NCBI RefSeq assembly: GCF_036971445.1
Contig: NC_091480.1
Span: 82,584,001 to 82,648,000 of the forward strand
DNA length: 64,000 nucleotides
From: Narcine bancroftii
Lineage: Eukaryota
Direction of reading: 5' to 3'
The position numbers and the translations under genes are program-made. Below the pieces are notes generated by a model, which was not told the origin of the DNA, made no database searches, and saw only the letters and a program-made list of their open reading frames with translations. Below are positions 39,494 through 52,942 of this stretch, piece by piece (the first letter of the stretch is position 1; every line of letters begins with the position of its first letter).

Positions 39494-40288
39494 GAATGGA
39501 GAAGAGGTGAATGGAGAAGAGGTGAATGGAGAAGAGGTGAATGGAGAAGAGGTGAATGGAGAAGAGGTGAATGGAGAAGAGGTGAATGGAGAAGAGGTGA
39601 ATGGAGAAGAGGTGAATGGAGAAGAGGTGAATGGAGAAGAGGTGAATGGAGAAGAGGTGAATGGAGAAGAGGTGAATGGAGAAGAGGTGAATGGAGAAGA
39701 GGTGAATGGAGAAGAGGTGAATGGAGAAGAGGTGAATGGAGAAGAGGTGAATGGAGAAGAGGTGAATGGAGAAGAGGTGAATGGAGAAGAGGTGAATGGA
39801 GAAGAGGTGAATGGAGAAGAGGTGAATGGAGAAGAGGTGAATGGAGAAGAGGTGAATGGAGAAGAGGTGAATGGAGAAGAGGTGAATGGAGAAGAGGTGA
39901 ATGGAGAAGAGGTGAATGGAGAAGAGGTGAATGGAGAAGAGGTGAATGGAGAAGAGGTGAATGGAGAAGAGGTGAATGGAGAAGAGGTGAATGGAGAAGA
40001 GGTGAATGGAGAAGAGGTGAATGGAGAAGAGGTGAATGGAGAAGAGGTGAATGGAGAAGAGGTGAATGGAGAAGAGGTGAATGGAGAAGAGGTGAATGGA
40101 GAAGAGGTGAATGGAGAAGAGGTGAATGGAGAAGAGGTGAATGGAGAAGAGGTGAATGGAGAAGAGGTGAATGGAGAAGAGGTGAATGGAGAAGAGGTGA
40201 ATGGAGAAGAGGTGAATGGAGAAGAGGTGAATGGAGAAGAGGTGAATGGAGAAGAGGTGAATGGAGAAGAGGTGAATGGAGAAGAGGT
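39494..40288. repeat. 15-bp minisatellite (GAATGGAGAAGAGGT)x53 in KAT2A intron 11
   Basis: 53 identical units followed by 1-2 degenerate units. Confidence 0.98.
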
Positions 40289-40506
40289 GAATGGGAAAAG
40301 GATGAATCGAAAGTTTAAAATATTAAAACACAAAAATAACAATTGGAAAAAATTCCTCAGGAAGAATTAACTGCTTCATTAAAATGAGCTTCATAAGAAA
40401 TAAATTCAGAAGTAATTAGAATTAGGGCAAATTCTGTCTCAAGTTCTGACTTGAATCTTGATACTGGTAGTTCATTTCTATACATGCTGAATTTTCCATA
40501 CAATTA

Positions 40507-40740
<234 letters not shown>

Positions 40741-42564
40741 CTATAATTTGTAGCTTCAACAATCAGATTTTTAAATTTATGAAATGTACACCAGTAACAG
40801 TGCAATATTCATGAACAACTGTTTAAAGGAATATCACAAATTATATATTTTTAAATGGTAATTAAAATGCATACAGAACAGAAAGTGTCCAACTCTTTTT
40901 GAAGTCAATTTCATATTCCCTTATTTTTAAATGAAGACTGGTATTGGTTAATGGGAACAAGTCCAGGACTTCCATGCAAGCATTTTCAAACATGGGAAGC
41001 CCCAAACTTACCAAGCACTGGTGCTGTATTTTTCAAAATGTTCCACCACTGGACTCCCTGCATCAGAGTTACAAGTTGTTACATTCCCAAATTTTAAACT
41101 GGGAAAATTGGAGGAAGATGTTGCAGTTATAAAAGTTAACTTTTCCAGAAGTAAATCTAAATTTATTAAAATTGCGTTGTCAATAGCCAAGACATGTATA
41201 GTGGTAAAATGGAAATCCGACTTCACATTGATCGTTGAAACATGGAAGTACAAAATTGTATTCCCCTTGAGAAGCTTACTTAAATTTGGCAACCTTATTC
41301 AGATTATTTAAATGTTCAGATTGTATCATTTATTTTGATATTTGTCAATTAGTATATTCATTAGAAATTTAATACTTTTAAAATGATGTGACTGGGATAT
41401 CGAACCTTGCTCCTTTTGCTTTTCTATTTTCTCTCCCTCTATTCTCTGTTGTCTGTCCCTTTTCTTTTGAATCTGGGGAGGGGGCACTGGGAGAAGAGGG
41501 CATCTCCTTTCCTTTTTTTTCTCCAGACCTTATGAATTTTTTTCTATGATTTTATATTTAATGTATTATTGTTATTATATGAGTCCTATATTCTTAAAAC
41601 AAATATTTTTAAAAATAAATGAAGATATTTGAAACAAATCAGAAATCCTCTTAACCAAAATGTTTTTGGAGCTGATCTGACCTCACAGGTTGAAAAAAGA
41701 ATTTCACTCAACATGAAATTAGAATATGATGATTCAAGTAACTCCCTCCCGTCTCTCTTTCCATTTCTTCTTTACCTTCCAACTCTCCCTCTCTGGGCCG
41801 TTTTTAAAAAATGACAAGTTATCCAAAAAGGTTAATCTGACCTAGGCCAGGTCCTAACCATTTCAAATAATCAGATTTGTACTGCATCTTTATCTTTGCT
41901 ATATGAAGTTCGCCCACACTGAATCTGCAGGCTTCTTCGTTTTACTATAGAATTAATGAGCCCATTGGTTTCAATGCATATTATATGACAATGGGAGGAA
42001 GGAGACAAGTTTTTTTTTCAAAGAATTGTTTGTGAACATGTTGGATGATTAAGTGCTTTCAGCTGTTGTTATTTTCTTTAAAAAAGACAGGGACAGCTTC
42101 CCAAGGGAGGGCTTGTTCTGAGCCACACTCATCACCCCATATTTCTCAAGGCCCCATGTCCATCAGATCATCGCTTGATTCTATCATTTGAGGCAGCAAG
42201 ATATGGTTTCCTTACCTATTTTTGGTACATTTCAAATGGTAGCAATTTGGGATAGCCCATGCCATGAAACCCCAAGACAATGGATTAAATTTCTGTGTCC
42301 AAATTACGCTTGCGTTCGAAAAGACTTTCTACTTTTCACAAAAAAATGTTTTCTAAGCAAATACATGTCATTAGAAATAATCTTAACTGTTTCTCCCAGA
42401 TGCAAACAAATTTCAAAGCATCTCAAACAGGTTGAATGTCCATACTGGTAAAAATTATTACGCCAGTGCTGTACATTTTCTCATCATTTTTAAAAGAGCT
42501 CACGTTAAAAAGGTTCACGAGCATATGCCTCTTTACACATGTACTAGTGAGACAGAATGAAAAT

Positions 42565-42830
42565 GGGCGGCACGCAGAGCATACGGGCGTAGGATTAGCA
42601 CAACGCTGTTAAAGTGCCAGCGACCGGGACCAGGGCTTGAATCCTGCACTGTCTGTAAGGAGCTTGTATGTTCCCCACTTGTCTGCACAGATTTCTTCTG
42701 GGAGCTCCGGTTTCCTCCCACCCTTCAAGACAGACCAGGGTTGTAGATTAATTGGGTGTAACTGGGCGGCAGGGGCTCGTGGGGTGAAGGGACCAGTTAA
42801 TCTGCTGTATGTCTAAATTTAAAATTGAAA
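42565..42830 (+). mobile_element. tRNA-derived V-SINE-like element
   Basis: tRNA-like head plus the core GGAGCTTGTATGTTC..GCTCCGGTTTCCTCCCAC. Other copies at about 56665-56910 (+), 32430-32720 (-) and 36620-36710 (-). Confidence 0.75.
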
Positions 42831-42866
42831 TTTAGAGCAAAATAATGAATGTTCTAAATACACTTA

Positions 42867-43118
<252 letters not shown>

Positions 43119-43562
43119 TCAACTTGAATGGTTTCAATTCTCCCTGTGGAATGAATGAGCTCAATACATTGCATGCCAAAGCCTTCTGGAGGAGCTCTAG
43201 AGAAGAGCATAAACAAATAGGCAGCTGTCCTAATACATCCCCATTTAAGAAATTAAATAAATATTTAGTCAACAAGTTATGGTAGCTACAATTTAATTTT
43301 TGCAAAGCAACCTCATAGGAAAAAAAAGTCATACCCAAATTATAATTTCCGACACGTCAAATCCCTCCCCACTGCAAGATCGTGAAACATACAAAAATGA
43401 TTAACAAAAAAGGTTAAGTACCTTGAACCTCTACATTACTAAAGATCTGAAAGTAAGGAACAAAGTTTTGCAAGACATCTCTATTAACACATTCCAATAT
43501 CGGCCCATGAACAAATGGCTTTCAGCATGTATTTTAATTTTTTAACTGAAAAACTAACCTAC

Positions 43563-43699
43563 CTCTGGACCTAACATAGCTGCTGGATCTGTAATTGTCA
43601 GCATTACTTCATTCACCAGTTCCATAGGAATGTCACCCATAACTCGCATTCTCTTTGCATCTTCTAGGGTCATAGTGTCAAGCAGCTTCCTTTTCTCTC
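43563..43699 (-). CDS. KAT2A: KAT2A exon 9
   Basis: GEKRKLLDTMTLEDAKRMRVMGDIPMELVNEVMLTITDPAAMLGPE (LVNEVML is KAT2A-type). 137 nt. Confidence 0.96.
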
Positions 43700-44962
43700 C
43701 TGCAATAGCCAACTAATTTGAAGTACAGCAAAGCAACTACATTTATTCAACATAAATTAATGCGAAATCACAAGTAGACTTGTTTTGCTTAGATAGCTCA
43801 GCACAGCATGGATTCACAATTACTTCCACACCAGATATGGAGTATCAGAAATGATTTATAGTCTTGGAATTATGTAAAGTTTGGATTTGAATCAGACTGT
43901 CAGCAATTATGAAAGATGCTCCAATTATCTGGATACAAGATCTTAAATTGTATCTATTATAGTTTTTCCCTTACTTCACAAATAAAGTGGCTGCAATTGT
44001 CTTTTTGCAAGGTCGACTGACCAAAGCTGTAAAAGACGAGTATCAAACAAACCCCAATCAAAACAAATTTCAAACTGTCAACTTACTCAGAGCAGAAAAG
44101 ATAATGGGAGGAAACACTTAAAACAAAATAACTCTTTTAAAACCCTCATTTATTATTTTCCATCTTTTGGGAGCAAGGATTTTTTTTTAAGCACACAAAT
44201 TTAGGAAAATAAGACAAAACAGGTCTAGGAAAGGGTATGGAATTGAGTCATTCTGACTTCCCCCATTGATAACCATACGGAAACATCACGACACCCAGGG
44301 TTAGGAAAAGAATCTCACCCTGCACACAGTTATAAGTTGTAACAGGTTTTATGGATGCCTTGGATGTTAATCACAGCAAGGAAAATACCCCAAAAGTTCA
44401 TTTATTGCAGACTCGCACTTTTTCTACTGTTAGTATTTAAAATCTTGGCCTCAAAAGATTCTTAATTTAAACATTAAATTTCTGAACCACAGAAATGAGC
44501 CACTGAAAAATATACGATGAAATAGAAAGCTGATTAACATTATGAAATACATAAATGAAAAGGGGGCTGGTGCCATCATGTGTCAAGAATGCATTACTAC
44601 ATTTAAAAAAACAATGCTCAATATTTAAATTAACATGACATCATTTATGACACAATATTTCATATTTATTCCTGTCCATTTGTTAAATTAAAAGCAAATG
44701 CTTACTCAACAAGCAGCAAACATTCCAAACTGGCTCCAATTTCCATCAATTTAAATTAACTTCTGTATCAGAGTCCGGTTTGTCTCAAATATATTGTCCA
44801 ATTGTAATAGAATAAACTTTGAAAAACATACATAGCAGATGCTATTCTATTGAAAGAAATTTACATGAAAAAATGTTAGTTATGCAACCACATTGCAACA
44901 CTCTTCAGTTTTCCAGCTCCAATTTCAGATTTGAAAATACTTTTGCATATCACAGCAATTAC

Positions 44963-45073
44963 CTGGTGCTGGCTCAGAGACTCCCATATCAGCATTGATA
45001 GATGCTGGACTTGAGGTACATTTGATGCTTCTGCTTGATGGAGGATTACTAGGCACTGGTGACTGAGTAACAG
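44963..45073 (-). CDS. KAT2A: KAT2A exon 8 (Ser/Pro-rich linker)
   Basis: AVTQSPVPSNPPSSRSIKCTSSPASINADMGVSEPAP. 111 nt, open frame, AG/GT, phase 1-1. Confidence 0.85.
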
Positions 45074-45940
45074 CTGTAAACAAAATACTGATAGTTTTTT
45101 TTCCCCCTCTAAATACAAAGTTTCATATATCTTGCATTAAAGCACACAAAACAATATAAAATCACCTGATATCCAACCTACTTTAAGAGGTGCACACTCA
45201 AAACACGCAAAAAAAATCAGTGAGCACTTTTGTAGATCTGCAGTGCAGTTCGAGCTTCGAATTAGTATGGAAAAAGTGCTTTAATCCTCTGATGACAGAA
45301 GCAGCATTAAAACATGAATTTATAAGGTATTATTTGAAGCATTGGCAAATATTTATAGATTTTTTTCAAAATAACAGATGCTGAAAAATCTTAAAAAACC
45401 AAATTCTATAAATAGCAGGACAGGCTGCTTCTATGGTAGAGAAACAGAGTTAATATTTCAGTTCAAAAGCAAAGAGACTATGAGTACAGTCGAGAACAGT
45501 CGGGGAGAGAGTAGGAGGGGCATGGAGTAGAAATAGATCACAACAGCAAAATTTTAAAAACGTTCAAAAGCACTGACAAATGTAAACTGAATTGATTTGT
45601 ACTCCAGGCAAGGACTTAACACAGAGGAATAAAACCAAATTTCACATCAGACATACAAAATCAATGCTCTGTTAAAGATCCCTTTAACCTGATTCAAGAT
45701 GTTTCATCACTTCTCTTGAAAGAGTAAGCTCCTTCTATGGTGAGACAGTTTCAATTTCACACACCAGTTATCTCATGACGTTAATGAATGAGATTACTAG
45801 CTAGTGTTGAATGAGGGACAATTTCGTGCTCTAATCTATAAACTGAAACCTCATGATAGCAGGTAGTCTTGTATTGTCTGGCTACTCATAGAACTCAAGA
45901 AAGGAAACCTGCAAGGACTATTGATACAAGAGAAAGCTAC

Positions 45941-46047
45941 CTGGCTGTTGTCCCATTTGCACTCCCTCTGAAGCAGTAAAAGTGAAATCTGAATCCCAGA
46001 TTGGAGAATTCAGTCCATAAATCTCTTCCTCCAGCATAGACAGAAAC
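45941..46047 (-). CDS. KAT2A: KAT2A exon 7
   Basis: FLSMLEEEIYGLNSPIWDSDFTFTASEGVQMGQQP. 107 nt. Confidence 0.95.
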
Positions 46048-46724
46048 CTAGAGAATTGAATTGAAATAAAAGATAAATAATAGAGTCAACACCAGACATA
46101 GTAAAGCTACAACATTGGTAAGATAGTTACTCATTTAAAAATCTATTTTACAACTTCAAATAACTATTTAAAGCCAGTTACAGCAGAGAAATTTAGAAGC
46201 ATCACACAGTCAGATTTACACAGAAATTGGATGGCTTGGAATAGAGTAGAGCAATGAATAATCAAATCATTTACATATTTTGTATGGACAAGGGTGAGGA
46301 ATTGTTACATTTTCCAGAAATAGTATTCTTAATTGAGCTCTGCCTCGCAGGATACGTCAGACTGCAGACACTCTCCACTGAGTGAACTTCATGTAATTAA
46401 AGCAGATTTCTGCTGAAACAGGAATGCATTCAGTGAGCAACATCCAAGTCTCTTGGTTCTGCCATAAAGTTACTTCTGCCAAGAAATGCCTGCACTGTGA
46501 ACCGGAAGCCAGCATACTAATAATTTCCCAAAACACGGCTGTATATGCCAGCTCTTTCCAAATATGTTTTGTTCAAGCATCTTGATAATTGAGAGATTGT
46601 GGGGGGGGGGGGGGGGGTGGAAAATGCATCTGAGGGTTCTCCGGAAAAAACTGTTCTACTGCATCTGCTTCTGTAATTGTGCCAGATATTGCTTCTTTCA
46701 AAGACCAGACTTAAGGCCTCTTAC

Positions 46725-46916
46725 TTTGGAAAGTGGGTGAGAATAAGAGTTCGTTTTTCAGGCATCAGCTTATCTTTCTCCACTCTGAACTTCTCAAGTA
46801 GTTGACGGCGAGTAACTGTGAAAATGGAACGAAGTAGTGTCCGCCCAAAGACTTGGGTGGTTTCGTATCGAGGAAGGCTGTCACAGCTTTGTGGGACATG
46901 ACAGTAACAGAGCCAT
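46725..46916 (-). CDS. KAT2A: KAT2A exon 6 (PCAF_N domain)
   Basis: WLCYCHVPQSCDSLPRYETTQVFGRTLLRSIF...EKRTLILTHFPK. 192 nt. Confidence 0.96.
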
Positions 46917-47429
46917 CTAGAATAAAGAAATTAACAGAAAATATATTTCTCTTTGTTTTTGGAAATATCTGGAAAGCCATTTAGAACAATTTTGCCCTTT
47001 TTACTTTCAGAAATTCACTTAATTTAACCAGTAAGAAAAGTTAAAAAGCCATTACATCATCATCATTAGCTATGTACACAAATAAAATAGTGCAATCATT
47101 AGGTGTATTTAAGGCAGAGATTGATAGTTTCTTGATTAGCCAGACATTCAACATTATGAGAAGAAGGCTAAGCAATGGGGCTGAGTGGGGAAAATGGATC
47201 AGATCACACTCAAGAGGCTGAATCGCTTACTTCTAATGGTCTTAATAATTCCCTTTCTCCTTTTATGACAGAAAATAGCAGGGGTTTGTATGGAACCTGA
47301 TTACCCAATCAAGGCCAATGAGAAGAACTTTGATTGAGATCTAAAATATCATGCCTCCAATGACCATCACCCATTGGGGAAAATATTATCCTGATCTGTT
47401 AAGTGACAGTGATAATCTCAGTTCAATTT

Positions 47430-49950
47430 CTGACATCAATCAGGGGCATCTTCCATCTTCATTTAGACCAATTTCACTATTGAATACGGATTATAAAAGT
47501 TTGTCCAAATTAATAGCTAATAGATCAACTAAATGTTTACCTAAACTGATTAATATGGACCAAACAGGGTTTATTACAAATAGAAGAGCAGCAAATAATA
47601 TTGTTAGATTTTTAAGTTTATCAGATATAGCTTAGAAAAGAAAAATACCATCAGTGGCTTTAGATGCAGAAAGAGCATTTGATAGATCAGAATGGGATTA
47701 TTTATTTAAAGTACTAAAGATTTTTGGAATTCCGACAAATGTTATAAACTGGATAAGAGCATTATATAATCGTCCAAAGGCTAAAGTGATTACAAATAGG
47801 CAAATATCAAAATATTTTTTTGTTGGAAAGAGCATCTAGACAAGGTTATCCATTATCTCTCTTTTTATTTGCATTAGCTATAGAACCTTTAGCTGAGGTG
47901 ATTAGAAGAGATAATGAGATTGAGGGCTTTAAGATAAATGATAAAGAACACAAAATTAGTCTCTTTGCTTGTGATGTAATATTATATCTTACAACCCCTA
48001 AAAGCTCATTAAAAAAAGTAAATGATCGACTGGCAGAGTATGGGTTAGTATCAGGTCACAAAACAAATACTGATAAAAGTGAAGTTATGCCAACAATCGA
48101 GACAGATTATGTTCAAGTCAAGAAAAGGACAAAATTTAAATGGAAGAACGCCACAATTAAATATTTAGGAATTAATGTTGACAAGAATTTAAATAATTTA
48201 TTTAAATTAAATTACATATCTTTATTGAGGAAAATTAAAGAAGATTTAATAAGATGGAAGGATTTGCCAATTTCTTTAATAGGAAGGATTAATTGTGTGA
48301 AGATTATCTTTCCTAGAATATAATATATTTTTCAATCTTTACCAATTTTTGTACCAATAATGTTTTTTCAAGATTTATTTAGTGGGATAAAATGCCTCAG
48401 ACGGCATTGGAAAAATTAACATGGAAATTTGATCAGGGGGGACTTTGATTGCCTAATTTTTAAAATTATTACAAAGCAGCTCAACTTGTTATCATACCGA
48501 TGAAAAGATTGCATGGGTGCAAATTGAAATGAGTAAAATAGGAGAAAGTAATTCCGAATGTATTTTATATAAATGGTATGAGGGATTATTAAAAGGAAAA
48601 CTAGAATCACCAGTTCTGAAGCATATGGTTAAAGTATGGAATGGAGAACATGTAGAAAGAGGAATGAAGAATTATCAGTCGGCTAAAATATTAAATCAAA
48701 ATCTTTTAATTCCTTTTACGTTCAATAATCATTCTTTTGATGTTTGGTATATTTGTGGAATAAAAAGAATAAAAGATTGTTTTTTGGGATCCATTTTTTA
48801 AACTTTTGACCAATTGAAAGACAAGTATAATATACCACTATTTTTTCTTATTATCAACTTAAATCATATTTAAAAGGAAAGTTGGGGAGGAATTTTAAAT
48901 TACCAGAACAAAGTCCATTTGAATATCTAATATCTAATACGTTTATTGAAAGATTCATTACAAGAGACTATTCAGAAAAAGGATTTATTCAAATCTAAAT
49001 CCAGATGGGAAAAAGATTTAAATATACAGATTCAAGAAGATTGGTCAAAACTATGCTATGAAAGAGTAAATAATACAATTAATGTTAGATATCAAATGGT
49101 ACCATTTAATTTTTACATCAATTATATTCTTCTTCTTCTTTGGCTTGGCTTCGCGGATTATATTATACTCCATACAAATTACATGCATTTCATTCAAATT
49201 TTTTCTGATCAATGTTTCAGATGTAAATAAAGATATAGGTACTTTCCAGCATGCAGTTTGGCAATGTGAAAAGGTAGATAAGTTTTGGAAAGATACAAGT
49301 ATCTTATTGGGATGAGTTTTGAAGACACAAATTTTGAAGGATCCCAGAATATTTTTATTGGGAGATATTTCCCAATTGAAATTAGATATTTATAAGAAGT
49401 TTTTAAGCAATAGCAAAGAAAACTATAGCTGTAACATGGAAATCTGGTGATATTTTGGGGTTGAATAGATGGCAAATGAAATTCTTAAATTGTATGCTAT
49501 TAGAGAAAATAACGTACAATTTACAAAATCAACCAGAAAAATTTGGTAAAATTTGGAAACCCTACATGGATTTTATTGCTACGTCTGTGCTGTAAGTGGT
49601 TATATGGTTATATTCAGTGGGACTAGGAGGGTGGGGATTTGTTACGGCATAGTAGGGCCGAACTGGCCTGTTCTGTGCTGTAAGTGGTTATATGGTTAAC
49701 TTTAACTACACCATTCCCCCATCCCTAATCAGTTCATGGTTTAAGATTATTATGTAAATTTGCAGTGAATTAATTAAAAGATACAAATTTATTAGACAGG
49801 CTGTTCTTTTTCTTTTTTTCTCTACTTTTTTGGGGAGGGAAGGGGTGGGTGGGGGAAAGAAAACATTAAAAATTGTATTGTTTTTGTGTCATAGTTCTTG
49901 TTATGGATAAATACTGTATATGCTTTGACGCAAATGAAAAAAAAAAAATC
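47430..49950 (+). mobile_element. L1-clade LINE ORF2 (RT to 3' end), degenerate, with nested insertions
   Basis: SFRPISLLNTDYK, DQTGFI, LDAERAFD, RQGYPLS..LFALAIEPLA, SLFACD, IKYLGI motifs with stops. Confidence 0.9.
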
Positions 49951-50269
49951 AGGGGCAAAGCCAAAGGAGGCTAATTATTCAACAACCCAAATAATATACA
50001 TAAATAAATCCTGCTGATGTCATGTGCAATAACTTTGCATTTCACTCATGTTAAATCAAACTTCTGATCACTTAACAATAGACAATAGGAGCTGGAGTAG
50101 GCCATTTGGCCCGTCGGGCCAGCACCGCCATTTTAGATCATGGCTGATCATTACCATCAGTACCCCTTTCCAGCCTTAACACTTTCTTTGTTCCTCTCTT
50201 TCATGGCAAAAATGAAATGAAAAAATAATAATGGTATCTATTCGCAGACTAACGTGATGCTCCCAATAC

Positions 50270-50451
50270 CTGGTATAATTAACTTTGTATGCATCAACGT
50301 CTTCATTCTGGGACCTCTGCCGGAATTGAGATGGAGTTTCCAGTTTCCAGTAGTTCAAACAAAGCAGAAACATTTTGGAAAGTTCATACATAGTTTGCTT
50401 TTCTTTGGCAGGAATGTGGCTGAATTTGTACTGAACAAAATTTAGAATTCC
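50270..50451 (-). CDS. KAT2A: KAT2A exon 5 (PCAF_N domain)
   Basis: GILNFVQYKFSHIPAKEKQTMYELSKMFLLCLNYWKLETPSQFRQRSQNEDVDAYKVNYTR. 182 nt. Confidence 0.96.
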
Positions 50452-51111
50452 CTAGTAAAAACAGAAGATGAAATATTTAAATTCAGTAAATATGATGCAT
50501 TTGTATTCAATATTCATTCCTACCCTAATAAAACACTTCTCCTTTGTTCCCCTATAATATTGCTTAAGCACATTATCTAGTGAAATTGTTAAGACTCAGT
50601 GGGGCTGATTTTAACTTCTGAAACTCCATGCCGATTTAATAGTTTAACTACCTGCAAAAAAATATAGATCGAGCTACTTTACTCATTTATATTACGACAT
50701 TCATCTGACAGACTCAGGGCTTTCCGATTCAGGCTGATATAATATTGGCTCTTCCAACATCTGCATATACATCAATGAATCAAATACCTGAGCAGTATCA
50801 GATTAAGCAATGAACAATTCTGGGTAATATAGGTAACACAGATTGCATATTAGTCACGAATTCAAGCTCCATTTCAGAGATTCAAGCACAAAAACAAGTG
50901 GGGCATATCCAAATCAGCTGACTTTCAGATAAGAAATTAAACCAAAGCCTGGATGCAGATATCTAAAGATTGTTGGTGTGCCCCTCGGTCTGAGCCAATA
51001 GTTTCCTCAATCAAGGTCATCAAAAACAGATGCAAAGCCTGTCATCTTCCTGGATTTATAAGAGGGCCAGAATACACTGGTTGCCAGTTGCAAAAACCTC
51101 ATCTTTAAATA

Positions 51112-51594
51112 CAGTGACCCCCCCCCCCCGCATTATTTGAGGTTTTGCTTTCTGCAGTTTCAGTTCCCCATGGCCCGAAAATATTAAATGGAAAATTCCA
51201 GAAATAAACTATTTCTAAGTTTTAAGCTGCACACCGCTCTTAGAAGTGCGATGAAATCTCGTGCCATCCCTCCCGGGATGTGAATCATCCATTTGTCCAG
51301 CGTATCCACACTGTATATGCTACCTGGCATCTCGATTATTCTGACTGTCACAGAATTGCAGTGTTGTGTTCAAGTAGCCCTTTTTTTCTATATTTTTCTA
51401 TTTTGTTATTACTGATAATTATTGTTGTTTAATCTCTTATTGAGCCTAATTTATAAATTAAACTTGGTCATAAGTATGTATGTATAGGAAAAAAAAACAT
51501 TGTATACTGTATACAGGGTTTGGTACTATTCACAGTTTCAGGCATCCACTGGGGGTCTTGGAACATATCCCTGAGGATAAGGGGGGAACTAAAG
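51112..51594. mobile_element. MER44/Tigger7-like Tc1-mariner non-autonomous element
   Basis: TA flanks at 51110-51111 and 51595-51596; TIR-like ends CAGTGACCCCC... and GATAAGGGGGGAACT. Internal strings match the mammalian MER44 consensus as I recall it. Confidence 0.8.
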
Positions 51595-52852
51595 TAATAG
51601 TATTTTCTTGTTTTAATGTTTTTAATTAGTTTCAAAAGTCCCTGGTGATGATAAAACAGCAAAACTGCAATTGACAGCTGTCTGACAAATCTCGTCATGT
51701 GGTCCTGTTTCCTGCAGCCCATTATACCAGGCAGAAGACACATGGCGGTAACAATGGACCTGAGGAAACACACAGCCTGGGACAGATGTTGCCAAAGATG
51801 CATGATCAGCAGAATTTCTCCCGCTCCACCCAAATTCCTACTCCTGATACTTAATCAGCTCTGAAAATCTTTTCTTGTACCAAGTTTATGATAATAATCA
51901 CATAACCAACATCTGTATAAAACTGATTTGTTGAATTCTTGAATAAGCCACCTGTATCTGGAAAAGCTTATCTTTCCTCCCCCCCCCCCGACACTCCAGC
52001 ACAGGTAAAGAAAAAGTACTGCAAAATCCAAGTTTCCAAACTGCATCTCTTCTGTAATGCAACCTCCCTTTACTTTTTCTATTGATGACCAAGATAATTG
52101 TACTCCTCTAAAATTTCTCCTTCATTCCTTCTTCACTCCAAGCAGATATGGTTGTTCAGTCTGTGTTGAAATCAAGCATTCATACTGTCCCATTCTATAC
52201 ACACTCTTTCAGAGGTCCAAAACCTTTGAATTCCCTCTCTAATTCAACTTCCTCCTAGAATGTTCATACCTTTAAAACTTATTTATTCTTTTCAATGTGG
52301 TCGCCAGCACCAACATGAAGGAAGAGCCATGGGGAAGATATTCATCATTAGATTGAAGGTGCCCAAATATCAAGAATGGGACAGAATTAGATTCAGAGAT
52401 CCAAAATTACTTAACTGTGAGGCTAGGGTAAGAGCAGGTCCATGGTTGTTCAATAAAAGTCTATGCACATGATTATTTTCAATCTCAAGGAGATGGAAAC
52501 TCCAGTAAATGCTTCAGCAATTTAACACCTTTGCGTACTTGAAATTCACCCATGTGACTAAATATTGAACAAAGCAATCAACATACTTGGAAAAAGCATT
52601 TTCCTCAAACAGAAGAACACAACAATGCCTAGAGGCAAACAAGAAATCTGCAGATGAGGAGACTGTCTTCTTCTACATATAGCTGAAAAATTTGAAAACC
52701 CCAAAATCTGGAGTCATAATTAGATTTTGGTATCATAACCATAGGCCCACCTTTCAATTAAACATTTTTTATGTTGCTGCTTCTCAACAGGATTTTTAGC
52801 AAAAGTGAACATAACATTAATAAGTAATTTCTTCTCCATTTATAAACCTCAC

Positions 52853-52942
52853 CTGCTCTATACTCGGTTTATCAAATGGGGGACTTCCCAACTTTCCTTC
52901 CACGACAGGTCGCGCCATTTGCAAGATGCATTTCCGTAAAAG
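52853..52942 (-). CDS. KAT2A: KAT2A exon 4
   Basis: LLRKCILQMARPVVEGKLGSPPFDKPSIEQ. 90 nt. Confidence 0.96.

Noticed and set aside
39434-40370. Three long ORFs of 291-309 aa (GEWRR, EEVNG, TSSPF repeats)
   Set aside because: They are by-products of a 15-bp tandem repeat lacking stops in these frames, inside a KAT2A intron, with no splice or domain support.
42565-42650. Possible tRNA gene
   Set aside because: It is a decayed tRNA-like head that continues into a V-SINE core, with no complete cloverleaf.
49584-49698. 27-bp direct repeat TCTGTGCTGTAAGTGGTTATATGGTTA
   Set aside because: It is a duplicated CR1-type 3' tail inserted in an L1 3' end, i.e. ordinary retrotransposon debris.
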